Assembly: GCA_965213685.1 (NCBI GenBank)
Contig: CBDBZY010000043.1
Location: forward strand, 32,001 to 96,000
Source of the DNA: a bacterium
Lineage (GTDB): Bacteria > UBA8248
Length of the DNA stretch: 64,000 nucleotides
Reading direction: 5' to 3'
The position numbers were made by a program, and so were the translations under genes. Below are positions 10,104-24,744 of the stretch, piece after piece (the stretch's first letter is position 1; every line of letters starts with the position of its first letter). The notes below the pieces were generated by a model that saw only the letters and a program-made list of their open reading frames with translations, was not told where the DNA came from and searched no databases.

Positions 10104-10254
10104 CCCCCGGGTGCCGCGTCCCGCACGATCAGGGGACTGAAACGCGCGAGGAAGCCCGCGCACCTGAGAGGGAGACAAGAGGGGGGAGGCGCACCCCTCG
10201 CAATGGCGTCTCCGCCTGGCCCGCCCATGAGAGTCTCCGGCCCGGGGCGATGGC

Positions 10255-10608
10255 GTGGAGGATGGAACGCTGGCGAATCATGAGGACGCTCCTCCGTTGC
10301 CGCGCTCGTATGAGGGACTGCGCACGCTGCAGGCCGAGTTCGCGCGGTATCAGGCGGCGGCGTTTCCGGAGCGGGAGCCCCGGTTTTTCGCCCTGGAGCT
10401 GGCGGGCGAGACGGGCGAGCTCGCGAATCTGGAGAAGAAGGAATGGAAGGGCCGCGCCATCGAGGCGGCGGCCTATACAGACGAGGCGGCGGATGTCATG
10501 ATCGCCGTGATGAACTACGCCAACGCGCGGGGGATTGACCTGGGCGCTGCCGTCTCCGAGAAGATGGCGGCCATCGAGCGCGCGAGAAGGCGGACGCCGG
10601 AGAGATAG
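10255..10608 (+). CDS. MazG-like nucleotide pyrophosphohydrolase
   Basis: ELAGETGELAN...KK and DEAADV acidic motifs, GIDLGAAVSEKM; start uncertain. Confidence 0.8.
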   Translation: MEDGTLANHEDAPPLPRSYEGLRTLQAEFARYQAAAFPEREPRFFALELAGETGELANLEKKEWKGRAIEAAAYTDEAADVMIAVMNYANARGIDLGAAVSEKMAAIERARRRTPER

Positions 10609-10674
10609 GCCGCCGGATGCGGAATCGTCCTCCCGAGCGGAGCGGACGAAGCGGATCAGAAAGGATGAAACCCG

Positions 10675-11484
10675 ATGTCAGGCCTCCCGACCGAGCCTGC
10701 CCGCCTCGCCGACGTGCAGGCGGGTTCCGATGAGCGCAACGTCAAGATAGACAAGGTGGGCGTCAAGAACATCCGCTATCCCATCGTGGTGAAGGACAGG
10801 GCGAAGGAGGCCCAGCACACCATCGGCACCATCAACATGTATGTGGACCTGCCGCACCACTTCAAGGGCACCCACATGAGCCGCTTCCTGGAGGTGCTGA
10901 ACGAGCACACCGACGCCATCGGCGTGGACGGCGTGCCGCTGATATTGCAGACGATTCGCGAACGCCTCGACGCGCAGACGGCCCACTTCTCGGTGTCGTT
11001 CCCCTACTTCATGGAGAAGACGGCCCCGGTGACGGGCGCCGAGGGACTCATGGCGCTCGAGTGCGGCTTCGACGCCTCGGCGGGCGCGGTGGACGACTTC
11101 ATCCTGAGCATCATGGTTCGCATCGCCACGCTGTGTCCCTGCTCGAAGGAGATCAGCCTGCGCGGTGCGCACAACCAGAGGGGCCATGTGCGGATTCGGG
11201 TGCGCTTCAACGGGGAGTTCTGGATAGAGGAGCTCGTGGAGATAGCCGAGAGTGCGGGCAGCTGCGCGCTGTATCCGATACTCAAGCGCGAGGACGAGAA
11301 GTTCGTCACCGAGACGGCTTTTGACAACCCCCGCTTCGTGGAGGACGTGGTGCGCGAGGCGGCCCTTCTGCTCCGGAGCGACAAGCGCATCACCTGGTTT
11401 CAGGTGGAGGTGGAGAACTTTGAATCCATCCACGACCACAACGCCTACGCCTTCATCGAGGAGACGGTGCGCGGCGCGGAATAG
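10675..11484 (+). CDS. folE2: GTP cyclohydrolase I type 2 (FolE2)
   Basis: [58 protein letters not shown]. Confidence 0.95.
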   Translation: MSGLPTEPARLADVQAGSDERNVKIDKVGVKNIRYPIVVKDRAKEAQHTIGTINMYVDLPHHFKGTHMSRFLEVLNEHTDAIGVDGVPLILQTIRERLDAQTAHFSVSFPYFMEKTAPVTGAEGLMALECGFDASAGAVDDFILSIMVRIATLCPCSKEISLRGAHNQRGHVRIRVRFNGEFWIEELVEIAESAGSCALYPILKREDEKFVTETAFDNPRFVEDVVREAALLLRSDKRITWFQVEVENFESIHDHNAYAFIEETVRGAE

Positions 11485-11624
11485 CCCGTTTCCCGCTTTT
11501 TCGCCATTCTCCGAGAATCCCGCCGGCTGAATACCGCGCCTTTCTCCCTGCGCGGAGATCGCATATAACCGCTTGCGCGCGGGATGGGCCTTTTCCACCA
11601 TCTGATTGGGGACGATGTATCGAG

Positions 11625-15392
<3,768 letters not shown>

Positions 15393-15545
15393 TGCGCGCG
15401 CCCGCATCGGGACAAGCGGAGGCGCTCCCTCCCTTCGCTCCGTTGACCGCCCGGTGTGGCGCGCCTAGATTGCGAGGCGCGAAATCCCGCCCGAGTGGAC
15501 GTGGGTTGCGTTTCTGAGAGGGCGGGTGCTGCTCGCCCGCGGCAT

Positions 15546-15630
15546 GCGAGGGTGGCGGAACTGGCAGACGCGCTGGATTTAGGTTCCAGTGCCTTCGGGC
15601 GTGGGGGTTCGAGTCCCCCCCTTCGCACCA
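15546..15630 (+). tRNA. tRNA-Leu(TAG)
   Basis: GCGAGGG acceptor stem, CTGGA-TTTAGGT-TCCAG anticodon arm, long variable arm, GTTCGAGTC T-loop, encoded CCA. Confidence 0.95.
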
Positions 15631-15852
15631 GATGCGATTTCCCCCGCTTTTCGAGAGAATTGTCTATGGGGCTGGCGCGCTTCGCGCCGCCCGGTTCCTT
15701 CGCGCACCCCTGCGCCGCCATCCGGGCCCGGTTGGATATTTCCCCCGCCTCCTCCGCTTTCCCGATGCACCGCTTTCCCGAGCAACCGGTCGCCGTCATT
15801 AAATTCTTCACTGGATTATTTTCCACATATCGAATTTTATCGTGAAATACTA

Positions 15853-15880
15853 TTGACATACAAAAAATAAGACGTATATT
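15853..15880 (+). promoter_or_regulatory. Sigma70 promoter, probably giving a leaderless mRNA
   Basis: TTGACA (15853-58), N16, TATATT (15875-80); ATG 7 nt later with no SD. Confidence 0.65.
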
Positions 15881-15887
15881 TGTGTAT

Positions 15888-16109
15888 ATGAAAAATCCAG
15901 AGGATAAGAGAGAACGCTTCAAACGATTGGCGTCCCAGCGAACCAACGCCGTGTTGCAGAAGCTCAAGGTGTTGGGAAACTGCGCGAACCGCAGTGCGTA
16001 CGAATATACGGAGGAAGACGTTCACAAGATTTTCTCGGAGATTGAGCGGCGGATAAGGGAGACAAAATCGAAATTTCATTTTCCGCATAACAAGAGGTTC
16101 AAGTTATGA
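15888..16109 (+). CDS. Small basic helical hypothetical protein (KRERFKRLA..RT...LGNC.N...YEY type)
   Basis: 73 aa; stop overlaps the next start (ATGA at 16106-16109). Confidence 0.75.
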   Translation: MKNPEDKRERFKRLASQRTNAVLQKLKVLGNCANRSAYEYTEEDVHKIFSEIERRIRETKSKFHFPHNKRFKL

Positions 16110-18481
16110 CAGGCGATGATATGAGAATGAGAGATTTTGCCCTCTCCCTGGCACGGGCGGACGAGGAAAAGGAAGTCGTGCGCATCCTGAAAAAATGGGG
16201 ATATTGGGATAACGGGGACGCCTGGCAAGAATACGGGGGCAATTCCATGAATTTCTCTACCATTTCAAACCAAGCGTCCGGTGCCGACCACGCTTTGGTG
16301 GAAAAACTGATCAATTCGGTTGACGCCGTATTGATGAGAGAATGTGGGAGAAGAGGCATCAAGCCGGACGGCCCGGACGCCCCGGAGAGCATCGCCGAAG
16401 CGCAAAGAGAATTCTTCCGCATTCCCAACGGCAAGCTGTCGAGAATTGACGCAAGACAAAGAAGTACGCTTGCGGAAAACATTTGCCTCGTGGCCACCGG
16501 AGCCACCGGACGCAAAAGCAGGCCTTCGTTCTCCATCATAGACAAAGGAGAGGGGCAAACGCCGGATGATGTTCCCGAGACGATATTGTCCCTGACGAAA
16601 GACAACAAGATCAGGATTCCGTTCGTCCAGGGCAAGTTCGGAATGGGCGGGAGCGGCGCATTGAGATTTTGCAGTTCCGAGCACCACCTGCAGCTTCTGA
16701 TTTCCAGGTGCGATCCGAAGATCGGGAGTGGGAACCCTGCGAAAGCGCATTGGGGCGTGACAGTCATCAGGCGGGAAGACCCCGAAGAGGGCATGCGCAG
16801 TTCGCATTACACCTACTTGGCGCCAAAAGGGAGAGTATTGCGTTTTGCGGCGCCGGCATTGCCCCTTTTGCCAAAATCGTACCCGGAGGCGCTCGGCGCC
16901 CCGCTGGAATCGGGCACCTATGTCAAACTGTATGAATATGAGATAGCACAACGTACTTTGATTACTCTTGATTTGTATTATCGTCTCGCCCTTCTCATGC
17001 CTGACGTGGCTTTGCCCATCCGGATGATGGAACGACGGAAGGGCTACAAAGGCCATTCTCTCGAGAATACGCTTGCGGGTTTGAGCGTGCGTCTGGATGA
17101 GGACAGAAGCGAAAATCTCGAGCCCGAGTTCCAAACGCCCGGGACGGGAAAAATGGTCATTGAGGGGAATGAATTTGATTACGCCATTTATGTCTTCAAA
17201 AAGGGAAAGAAGGCAAATTACGCGAGGAGCGAAGGAGTTGGTTTTTCCGTGAATGGCCAGGCTCATGGATTTTTGAGAAAGGCGTTTTTCGAGCGCAAAG
17301 CCGTGGGAATGTCGTATCTATCCGATAGCATCCTGGTCCTGGTGGACTGCTCGAAAATATCCAGGAAGATGCAGGAGAAATTGTTTATGCCCAGTCGAGA
17401 CAGACTGGCGCAGACCCCATTTCTCCGTAAGATCGAAGAAGAACTGGAGAGCATCCTCAAAAACCACAACGGCCTCAAGGCGTTGCGAAATAGACGCCGC
17501 CAGGAAGAAGTGGGCAACAAGTTGAAGGATTCCAAACCACTTGCTGATCTGTTGACAGAGATTATTCAAAAGTCCTCGGCGCTCTCGAACTTCCTTCAGC
17601 CCGGCAAGAGGGTGCCAAACCCTCACAAGCCGAAAGATGTGGGGATAACAGAAGAATTTTGGGGGAAGGAATTTCCAACGTTCTTTGTGCCGGCTAAGGC
17701 GGCGAGAAAATACACAGAGGAAACCCCAAAGGGTTGCCCGCGCAACCGTAGGTGCCAAGTTCAATATGAGACGGACGCGGAAAACGACTATTTCGATCGG
17801 GATGGCGACCCGGGAGAATTCAGGTTGAAATCAAACGGGTACGAAATACGGGACTACTCTTTGAACCTGTGGAATGGATTGGCCACTTTGCAAATAAATC
17901 TGCCGTCGGACGTAGAAATCGGCGATTTGCGGCGCTTTGAAACAGAAGTAGATGATATAAACCGGGTAGAGCCTTTTTCGAATGCGTTCTGGATCCGGGT
18001 AGAAAAAGAAAGTCAAACGAACGGCTCCGGCGGGGGCAGAAAAAAGCCGCCAGGCGAAGCGAAAGGCAAGGATCGGCAAAAAGAATCCGGTCTCGCGCTG
18101 CCTCGGGTTAGAGAAATCAGGCGGGATGAGTGGGCTGAACATGATTTCTATCGGGACAGCGCCCTGAAGGTCGTGGATGCCGGGGAAGAAAACGGATATG
18201 ATTTTTTCATCAACATGGACAACGTATATCTACAGACGGAAATGAAAGCGGGAGGCAAGACCGAGCCGCAGATACTGGAGGAAAGGTATAAGGCCGGAAT
18301 GGTTCTGCTGGGCATGTCCCTTCTTGGTGCCGATGCAAAGGATGGCGCAGGCAAGCATAACGGCTCGGACCCGAATGAAAATGGTTTGTCCGTGTATGAT
18401 CGCATCTTCGAATTCACGAAAGCAGCATCTCCCGTCCTGCTCCCGATTGCGTCGCTGGGCAGCCTGGGGTCCGAGACGTAG
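16106..18481 (+). CDS. MORC-like GHKL-family ATPase, 791 aa
   Basis: Bergerat motifs ALVEKLINSVDA, IIDKGEGQ, GKFGMGG, SGTYV; followed by an S5-like transducer region (VNGQAHG...LFMPSRDRL). Confidence 0.8.
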   Translation: MTGDDMRMRDFALSLARADEEKEVVRILKKWGYWDNGDAWQEYGGNSMNFSTISNQASGADHALVEKLINSVDAVLMRECGRRGIKPDGPDAPESIAEAQREFFRIPNGKLSRIDARQRSTLAENICLVATGATGRKSRPSFSIIDKGEGQTPDDVPETILSLTKDNKIRIPFVQGKFGMGGSGALRFCSSEHHLQLLISRCDPKIGSGNPAKAHWGVTVIRREDPEEGMRSSHYTYLAPKGRVLRFAAPALPLLPKSYPEALGAPLESGTYVKLYEYEIAQRTLITLDLYYRLALLMPDVALPIRMMERRKGYKGHSLENTLAGLSVRLDEDRSENLEPEFQTPGTGKMVIEGNEFDYAIYVFKKGKKANYARSEGVGFSVNGQAHGFLRKAFFERKAVGMSYLSDSILVLVDCSKISRKMQEKLFMPSRDRLAQTPFLRKIEEELESILKNHNGLKALRNRRRQEEVGNKLKDSKPLADLLTEIIQKSSALSNFLQPGKRVPNPHKPKDVGITEEFWGKEFPTFFVPAKAARKYTEETPKGCPRNRRCQVQYETDAENDYFDRDGDPGEFRLKSNGYEIRDYSLNLWNGLATLQINLPSDVEIGDLRRFETEVDDINRVEPFSNAFWIRVEKESQTNGSGGGRKKPPGEAKGKDRQKESGLALPRVREIRRDEWAEHDFYRDSALKVVDAGEENGYDFFINMDNVYLQTEMKAGGKTEPQILEERYKAGMVLLGMSLLGADAKDGAGKHNGSDPNENGLSVYDRIFEFTKAASPVLLPIASLGSLGSET

Positions 18482-18561
18482 CCGCTTCTCCCTATACAAC
18501 GCACCGCGCCTGTGTTTTTATGGCGTGACGCTGTGGTTTTTCTGATCTTGGAGAGTGAGAA

Positions 18562-19936
18562 ATGCCCGGTACCGTGAGCGACATCGACGCCTGCACGAAG
18601 CGCCTGGAGGTCGCCGTCCCGCGCGCGGAAGTCGCCCGGGAGATGGAGCGCGCCTACAGGCGCCTCTCGGGGCGCGTGCGGATGAAGGGCTTCCGGAAGG
18701 GGAAAATCCCCCGCCGCGTGCTCGAGCGATACTACGGCGAGGAGGTGCAGGCGGATGTTCTGGACCGCGTGATATCCGCCTCCTGCCGCCAGATGCTGGC
18801 GGATGGGGGAATGCGCCCGGTGGGCGAGCCCAACGTGACCGACATCGAGATGGAGGACGACTCGCCCGCGCTGACCTACAAGGCGACGGTGGAGGTCATC
18901 CCCCCCTTCGAGCTGGGCGCATACACGGGGCTTTCGGTGCGGGTCCACCGCCATCCGGTGACGGAGGAGATGGTCGACGCGCAGATCGAGGCGCTCCGGC
19001 AGCGGGCCGCCGCGTTCGAGGACGTGGACAGGCCGGCCCGCGAGGGAGACCACGTGCTTTTCGACATCGAGGGCTTCGAGGGCGGCGCGGCCGTGCCCGG
19101 CACCCGGGAGGAGAACCAGGCGCTCCTGATCGGGGGCGAGGGCGGCGAGAAGGCGCTGAGCGACGCGCTCGTCGGGATGCGGGGCGGGGAGGAGAAGGAG
19201 ATCGACGTCGAGGTTCCGGCGAACGCCGCCCCCCATGTGGCGGGCAAAACCCTGACGTTCCGGCTTCATCCCAAGGTGGTGAAGGAGGCGCATCCGCCCG
19301 CACTGGACGAGGAGTTTGTCAAGTCTCTGGGACGCGGCTACGCGAGCGTGGCGGACTTGCGGGCGGACGTGGCGCGGGAGATGGAGTCCATGGAGGACGC
19401 CAACGCGCGGAACCAGGGCATATCCGAGTTGATGAGCGCGCTGGTCGAAGCGCATCCGTTCGATGTCCCGCCCACGCTGGTGCGGGCGGAGGCGGATGAG
19501 CAGATTCGCGAATACGAGCGCCGCCTGCGGCAGGAGAACCCCGACGTCCAGCTCTCTGAATCCAGAGTGGAGGAGTTGCGCGAGGAGGCGCGGCCCCCGG
19601 GCGGAGGAGCGGGTGCGGCGGCTCATCATCGTGGAGCGCATCCGCGAGGCGGAGGAGATCGAGGCGAGCGAGGAGGAGGTGCGGGCGCAAATCGGCGTCT
19701 CGGCCGCGCGCTACGGCATGACGCCCGAGAAGCTCCGCGAGCGGATGGTGACGACCGGGGCGATGGCGTCGCTCGTCTCCAACATCAACTACAACAAGAC
19801 AGTGGGTTGGCTCTATGAGCGGGCCAACGTGGAGTTCGACGTTCACGACGCCGCCGACCACGAAGCCCGTTCCCGCGCCCCGAGGGGGGATGCGGGCGAG
19901 GGGCGCCCGGACGGCGGGACGAAAGGGGATGGATAG
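18562..19936 (+). CDS. tig: Trigger factor (one extra C in C5 run 19594-19598, probable assembly error)
   Basis: GFRKGKIP ribosome-binding motif and FKBP domain; the C-terminal domain continues in another frame (RAEERVRRLIIVERI...). Lies upstream of clpP. Confidence 0.92.
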
Positions 19937-19939
19937 ACA

Positions 19940-20586
19940 GTGGCTCTCGTACCCATGGTGGTGGAACAGACGAATCGAGGCGAGCGGGCGTATGACATCT
20001 ACAGCCGCCTGCTCAAGGAGCGAATCATCTTTCTGGGCACGGCGATAGACGACAACATCGCGAACCTCGTGACGGCCCAGCTGCTCTTCTTGGAGGCGGA
20101 GGAGCCCGACCGGGACATCGCCATGTACGTCAACAGCCCGGGCGGGGCCGTGACGGCCGGCCTGGCCATTTACGACACGATGCAGTACATCAACCCCGAC
20201 GTCTCGACCATCTGCATCGGCCAGGCGGCGAGCATGGGCGCGCGCTCCTGCTGACGGCGGGGGCCAAGGGCAAGCGCTACGCCCTGCCGAACTCGCGCAT
20301 CCTGATTCACCAGCCCTTGGGCGGCGTGCAGGGCCAGGCGAGCGACATCGACATCCAGGCGCGCGAGATTCTTCGCGTGCGCGAGGAGCTCAACGAGATC
20401 CTCTCGAAACACACCGGCCAGCCCATCGAGAAGATCGAAAAGGACACGGATCGTGATAATTTCATGACGGCGGAGCAGGCGAGGGGGTACGGTCTGCTCG
20501 ACGACGTCATCGTCTCGCGCTCGGATTCTTCGGGCGGCAGGCCGGGCGGCGATGACGGGAAGAACGAGGAGAACAACGGCTCCTAG
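19940..20586 (+). CDS. clpP: ATP-dependent Clp protease proteolytic subunit (extra CG at 20237-20246, probable assembly error)
   Basis: [26 protein letters not shown], then the shifted [26 protein letters not shown] and DRDNFM. Confidence 0.93.
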
Positions 20587-20637
20587 CGGGGCGCCGGTCT
20601 CTCCCGGAAAGCGCCCTTCTTCGAGGGAGGATGTGGG

Positions 20638-21879
20638 ATGACGAAGCGGGCCTCCACCAGAAAAGACGCTCTGCGCTGTTCGTTCTGCGGGAAAAGCCAG
20701 GAGGAGGTGAAGAAGCTCATCGCGGGCCCCCACGTGTATATTTGCGACGAGTGCGTGGATCTGTGCAACGAGATCATGGCGGAGGAGTGGAGCGAGGAGC
20801 GCAAGCGCGAGGCGAAATCCCTCCTGAAGCCCACCGAGATCAAGGCGATCCTCGATGAGCACATCGTCGGGCAGGAGAAGGCGAAAAAATCGCTCTCCGT
20901 CGCCGTCTACAACCACTACCGCCGCGTGGACGCGCAGGTCGACCTGCACGACGTGGAGCTGCAAAAGAGCAACATCCTGCTCATCGGCCCCACCGGTTCG
21001 GGCAAGACGCTCATGGCCCAGACCCTGGCGCGCCTGCTCGACGTGCCTTTCGCCATCGTTGACGCCACCACCCTCACGGAGGCGGGCTACGTGGGCGAGG
21101 ACGTGGAGAACATCATCCTTAAGCTCCTGCAGGCGGCCGATTTCGACGTGGAGAAGGCCGAGCGGGGCATCATCTACATCGACGAGATCGACAAGATCAG
21201 CCGAAAGAGCGAGAACCCCTCCATCACCCGGGACGTCTCGGGCGAGGGCGTGCAGCAGGCCCTGCTCAAGATCATCGAGGGAACGGTGGCCAACGTGCCG
21301 CCCCAGGGCGGGCGCAAGCACCCGCACCAGGAGTTCCTGCGCGTCGACACCGCCAACATCCTGTTTATCGGCGGCGGGGCGTTCGTGGGCCTCGACGCCA
21401 TCATCAAGCGGCGGGTGGGGCGGAAGGGAATCGGGTTCGAGGCGAGCCTCCACAGCGCCGAGGACGAATCGCTGAGCGAGCTGCTCGCCCAGGTGGACCC
21501 CGAGGATTTGCTGAAATACGGCCTGATCCCCGAGTTCGTGGGCCGCCTTCCCGTCGTGGCCACCCTCGACGACCTCGACGAGGAGGCGCTGGTGAGCATA
21601 CTGACCAAGCCGAGGAACGCCCTCGTGAAGCAGTACCGCAAGCTGGTCGAGTTCGAGAACGTCTCCCTGACGTTCACCGAGGACGCCCTCGCCGCCATCG
21701 CCGCCAGGGCGTTCGAGCGCAACACGGGCGCGCGCGGCCTGCGCTCCATCATAGAGGATTTGATGCTGGACACGATGTATGAGCTGCCGGGCATGGTCGG
21801 CGTCCAGGAGATCATCATCAACGAAAACGTGGTCTATCAAAAGGAGCGGCCCCTGCTGGTCTATGAGAAGGCGAGCTAA
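20638..21879 (+). CDS. clpX: ATP-dependent Clp protease ATP-binding subunit
   Basis: CSFC...CDEC zinc finger, [19 protein letters not shown] loop. Confidence 0.98.
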   Translation: MTKRASTRKDALRCSFCGKSQEEVKKLIAGPHVYICDECVDLCNEIMAEEWSEERKREAKSLLKPTEIKAILDEHIVGQEKAKKSLSVAVYNHYRRVDAQVDLHDVELQKSNILLIGPTGSGKTLMAQTLARLLDVPFAIVDATTLTEAGYVGEDVENIILKLLQAADFDVEKAERGIIYIDEIDKISRKSENPSITRDVSGEGVQQALLKIIEGTVANVPPQGGRKHPHQEFLRVDTANILFIGGGAFVGLDAIIKRRVGRKGIGFEASLHSAEDESLSELLAQVDPEDLLKYGLIPEFVGRLPVVATLDDLDEEALVSILTKPRNALVKQYRKLVEFENVSLTFTEDALAAIAARAFERNTGARGLRSIIEDLMLDTMYELPGMVGVQEIIINENVVYQKERPLLVYEKAS

Positions 21880-21919
21880 CGCCCCCCCCCTGCCGCCTCC
21901 TCCCGGCGGGGGCGCGTTG

Positions 21920-21948
21920 TTGACAACGCAAGGGGCGCTCCCTATCAT
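21920..21948 (+). promoter_or_regulatory. Sigma70 promoter for tRNA-Val/thrS
   Basis: TTGACA-N17-TATCAT. Confidence 0.7.
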
Positions 21949-21964
21949 TTCAGGACACAAACGA

Positions 21965-22039
21965 AGGCGCGTAGCTCAGGGGGAGAGCGCTTGCTTGACA
22001 CGCAAGAGGTCGGCGGTTCAAAACCGCCCGCGCCTACCA
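21965..22039 (+). tRNA. tRNA-Val(GAC)
   Basis: AGGCGCG/CGCGCCT acceptor stem, CTTGC-TTGACAC-GCAAG anticodon arm, encoded CCA. Confidence 0.95.
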
Positions 22040-22136
22040 TGACGGAATGAACGATGGGGCGCCGCGCCGCCGCATCATGCGCACGATCATGAGGTGAATC
22101 GCCAGAGGAGCTTGCGGCACCAGCAAACGCCCGCCT

Positions 22137-24014
22137 ATGGCTCAGCAAACTCGCCAGAAAGATGTTCCCAAGGATGCCATCGCGCTCAGGCTGGACGGCG
22201 TGCCCGTTGACTTAGGCAGCGAGCTCCCCGCCGACGCCGAGCCAGAGTTCATCTCCATCGATTCCGAGGAGGGCCTGGAGATACTGCGCCACAGCACGGC
22301 GCACCTCATGGCCCAGGCGGTGCGGGAGCTCTACCCGGGCGCGCAGCTCGCCATCGGTCCTCCCATCGAGAACGGCTTCTACTACGACATCGACCTGGAC
22401 GTCACGTTCACCCCGGATGATCTGAAGAGGATCGAGGGGCGGATGAAAGAGCTCGCGAAGAGGAGATACTCCATCGAGCGCGAGGAAATATCCCGCGCCG
22501 ACGCGCTGGCCCTTTTCCGGGAGAGGGGCGAGGGCTACAAGGTGGAGATGATCCGGGATTTGCCCGAGGACGAGGCGCTCTCCGTCTACCGCCAGGGGGA
22601 TTTCGTGGACCTGTGCCGGGGGCCGCACGCGCCCAGCACGGGGATGCTGCGAAACTTCCGGCTCCTGAGCGTGGCCGGCGCCTACTGGCGCGGGGATGAG
22701 AACAACAGGATGCTCCAGCGCATCTACGGCACCGCCTTCGGCGCGAAGGAGGCGCTCCGCGCCCACCTCCGGAAGCTCGAGGAGGCCAGGAGCCGAGACC
22801 ACCGCCTCCTTGGCAAGCAGCTCGGCATCTTCCTGGTCGACGAGAATGCGGGCGGCGGCCTGATTTACTGGCAGCCCAGGGGCGCCGTGGTGAAACGGGT
22901 GATCGAGCGCTTCTGGGAGGATGAGCACGTCCGGCGCGGCTACCAGCTCGTCTCCATCCCCCACATCGCGCGCGACGCGCTCTTCCGTACCTCGGGGCAC
23001 TATGATTTTTACCGGGAGAACATGTATGTCCTGAACATCGACGAGGACGAATACGTCCTCAAGCCGATGAACTGCCCGGGCCACATCCTCCTCTACCAGC
23101 AGAAAATCCACAGCTACCGCGACCTGCCCCGCCGGCTGGCGGAGCTGGGCACGGTCTATCGCTACGAGCGCAGCGGCGCGCTCCACGGAATGCTCCGGGT
23201 GCGGGGCTTCACCCAGGACGACGCGCACATCTTCTGCACGCCGGAGCAGGCCGAGGAGGAGGTGCTGGGCGTCATCGACCTGGCCCACTTCATGCTGCGG
23301 ACGTATGGCTACGAGGACTTCGAGACCGAGCTCTCGGTGCACGACTCCTCGGATTTCAGCAAATACGCGGGCGTGATCGAGGACTGGGAGGCGGCGGAGG
23401 CGGCGCTGACCCGCGCACTCGAGGGGCGCGGCATCGCCTACAAGCGCATCGAGGGCGAGGCGGCGTTCTATGGCCCCAAGATAGACATCAAGATGCGCGA
23501 CGCCCTGGGCCGCGGCTGGCAGGGCCCCACCATCCAGTTTGACTTCAACCTGCCCAAGCGCTTCGACCTGAACTACGTCGGCGCGGACGGCGGACGCCAC
23601 AAGGTCGTCATGATCCACAGGACCGTCATGGGGTCGATGGAGCGTTTCGTGGGCGGGCTGCTCGAGCATTACGCGGGCGCGTTTCCCGCGTGGCTCGCCC
23701 CCGAGCAGGCGCGCGTCATGACGATCACCGACGCGCACATTCCCTACGGGCGCGGGGTGGAGAAGAGGCTGCTGGCCGCCGGCTTCCGGGCGGCGGGCGA
23801 TTTCCGAAACGAGAAGATAGGGTATAAGATCAGGGAAGCCCAGCGGGAGAAGATACCGTATATGCTCATCGTCGGCGCGCGCGAGGCGGAGGCGGGGGGA
23901 GTCGCCCTGAGGCTCCGCGGGCAGGGCGATGTGGGGCACATCTCATTGGAGGAGCTCATGGAGAAGATGCGAAGCGACATCGAGAAGAAATCACGCACCC
24001 CGGGAAAGGTCTGA
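22137..24014 (+). CDS. thrS: Threonine-tRNA ligase
   Basis: RHSTAHLMAQA, DLCRGPH, LKPMNCPGH, RVRGFTQDDAH, FYGPKID. Confidence 0.98.
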   Translation: MAQQTRQKDVPKDAIALRLDGVPVDLGSELPADAEPEFISIDSEEGLEILRHSTAHLMAQAVRELYPGAQLAIGPPIENGFYYDIDLDVTFTPDDLKRIEGRMKELAKRRYSIEREEISRADALALFRERGEGYKVEMIRDLPEDEALSVYRQGDFVDLCRGPHAPSTGMLRNFRLLSVAGAYWRGDENNRMLQRIYGTAFGAKEALRAHLRKLEEARSRDHRLLGKQLGIFLVDENAGGGLIYWQPRGAVVKRVIERFWEDEHVRRGYQLVSIPHIARDALFRTSGHYDFYRENMYVLNIDEDEYVLKPMNCPGHILLYQQKIHSYRDLPRRLAELGTVYRYERSGALHGMLRVRGFTQDDAHIFCTPEQAEEEVLGVIDLAHFMLRTYGYEDFETELSVHDSSDFSKYAGVIEDWEAAEAALTRALEGRGIAYKRIEGEAAFYGPKIDIKMRDALGRGWQGPTIQFDFNLPKRFDLNYVGADGGRHKVVMIHRTVMGSMERFVGGLLEHYAGAFPAWLAPEQARVMTITDAHIPYGRGVEKRLLAAGFRAAGDFRNEKIGYKIREAQREKIPYMLIVGAREAEAGGVALRLRGQGDVGHISLEELMEKMRSDIEKKSRTPGKV

Positions 24015-24015
24015 T

Positions 24016-24744
24016 ATGGCGTCGCGCTACAGGGGACGTGACATCCACCCGACAGCCACCGGCCCCAGGGCCAACCGGGACATACGCGCCCCGATGGTGC
24101 GGGTCATCGACGAGGAGGGCCAGCAGCTCGGCGTGCTTCCCGTGGACGAGGCGGTGGAGGCCGCCGAGGATCGCGACCTGGACCTCGTCGAGGTATCCCC
24201 CAACGCCGACCCGCCCGTCTGCAAGATCATGGACTTGGGCCGCTACAAGTATACGCAGCAGAAAAAGGCGCAGGAGGCCAAGAAGAGGCAGCGCGTCGTG
24301 GAGGTCAAGGAGGTCAAGCTGCGGATCAAGATTGAAGAGCATGACTACGTCATCAAGCGCAGGCACGCGAAGCGGTTTTTGGACGACGGGAACAAGGCGA
24401 AGGTCACCATCATGTTTCGCGGGCGCGAGGTGACGCACCCGGAGCTGGGAAGAAAGCTCCTGGAGCGCATGGCGAACGATTTGCAGGAGCTGGGCGCGGT
24501 GGAGCAGTTTCCGAACCTCGAGGGCCGCAACATGACGATGGTGCTCGTGCCCAAATCGACAAGGCCGCCCAAAAGGGATACAACGCCGAAGAGAAGGCCG
24601 GGCAGGAGGGCGGACGCTCCCGAAGCCCCGGAAAGGCTGACGGCTCCGCTCGCGGAGGCGTTGGGGAGGGCGGAGGGTGCGCTGCGCCCGACCGGCGGGG
24701 CGGATGACGCGAAACCCGAAGGAGAAGCGAAAGACGATGCCTAA
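24016..24744 (+). CDS. infC: Translation initiation factor IF-3 with a long C-terminal extension
   Basis: [43 protein letters not shown]. Confidence 0.95.
   Translation: MASRYRGRDIHPTATGPRANRDIRAPMVRVIDEEGQQLGVLPVDEAVEAAEDRDLDLVEVSPNADPPVCKIMDLGRYKYTQQKKAQEAKKRQRVVEVKEVKLRIKIEEHDYVIKRRHAKRFLDDGNKAKVTIMFRGREVTHPELGRKLLERMANDLQELGAVEQFPNLEGRNMTMVLVPKSTRPPKRDTTPKRRPGRRADAPEAPERLTAPLAEALGRAEGALRPTGGADDAKPEGEAKDDA

Larger units (their letters stand above)
15795..18560. mobile_element. Lower-GC horizontally acquired islet between tRNA-Leu and tig (no integrase)
   Basis: Abrupt shift to A/T-richer sequence and codon usage; interrupts the usual tRNA-Leu-tig adjacency; boundaries approximate. Confidence 0.6.

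Noticed and set aside
11485-11624. SAM/SAH/cobalamin riboswitch upstream of metH
   Set aside because: No recognisable conserved core motifs by eye; an Rfam scan would settle it.
18482-18561. attR copy of the tRNA-Leu 3' end flanking the GHKL islet
   Set aside because: Only CGCACC (6 nt) matches, and there is no integrase.
20246-20254. TGC-TGA in clpP resembling a Cys-Sec pair
   Set aside because: ClpP similarity continues in a different frame, so this is a frameshift, not UGA recoding.
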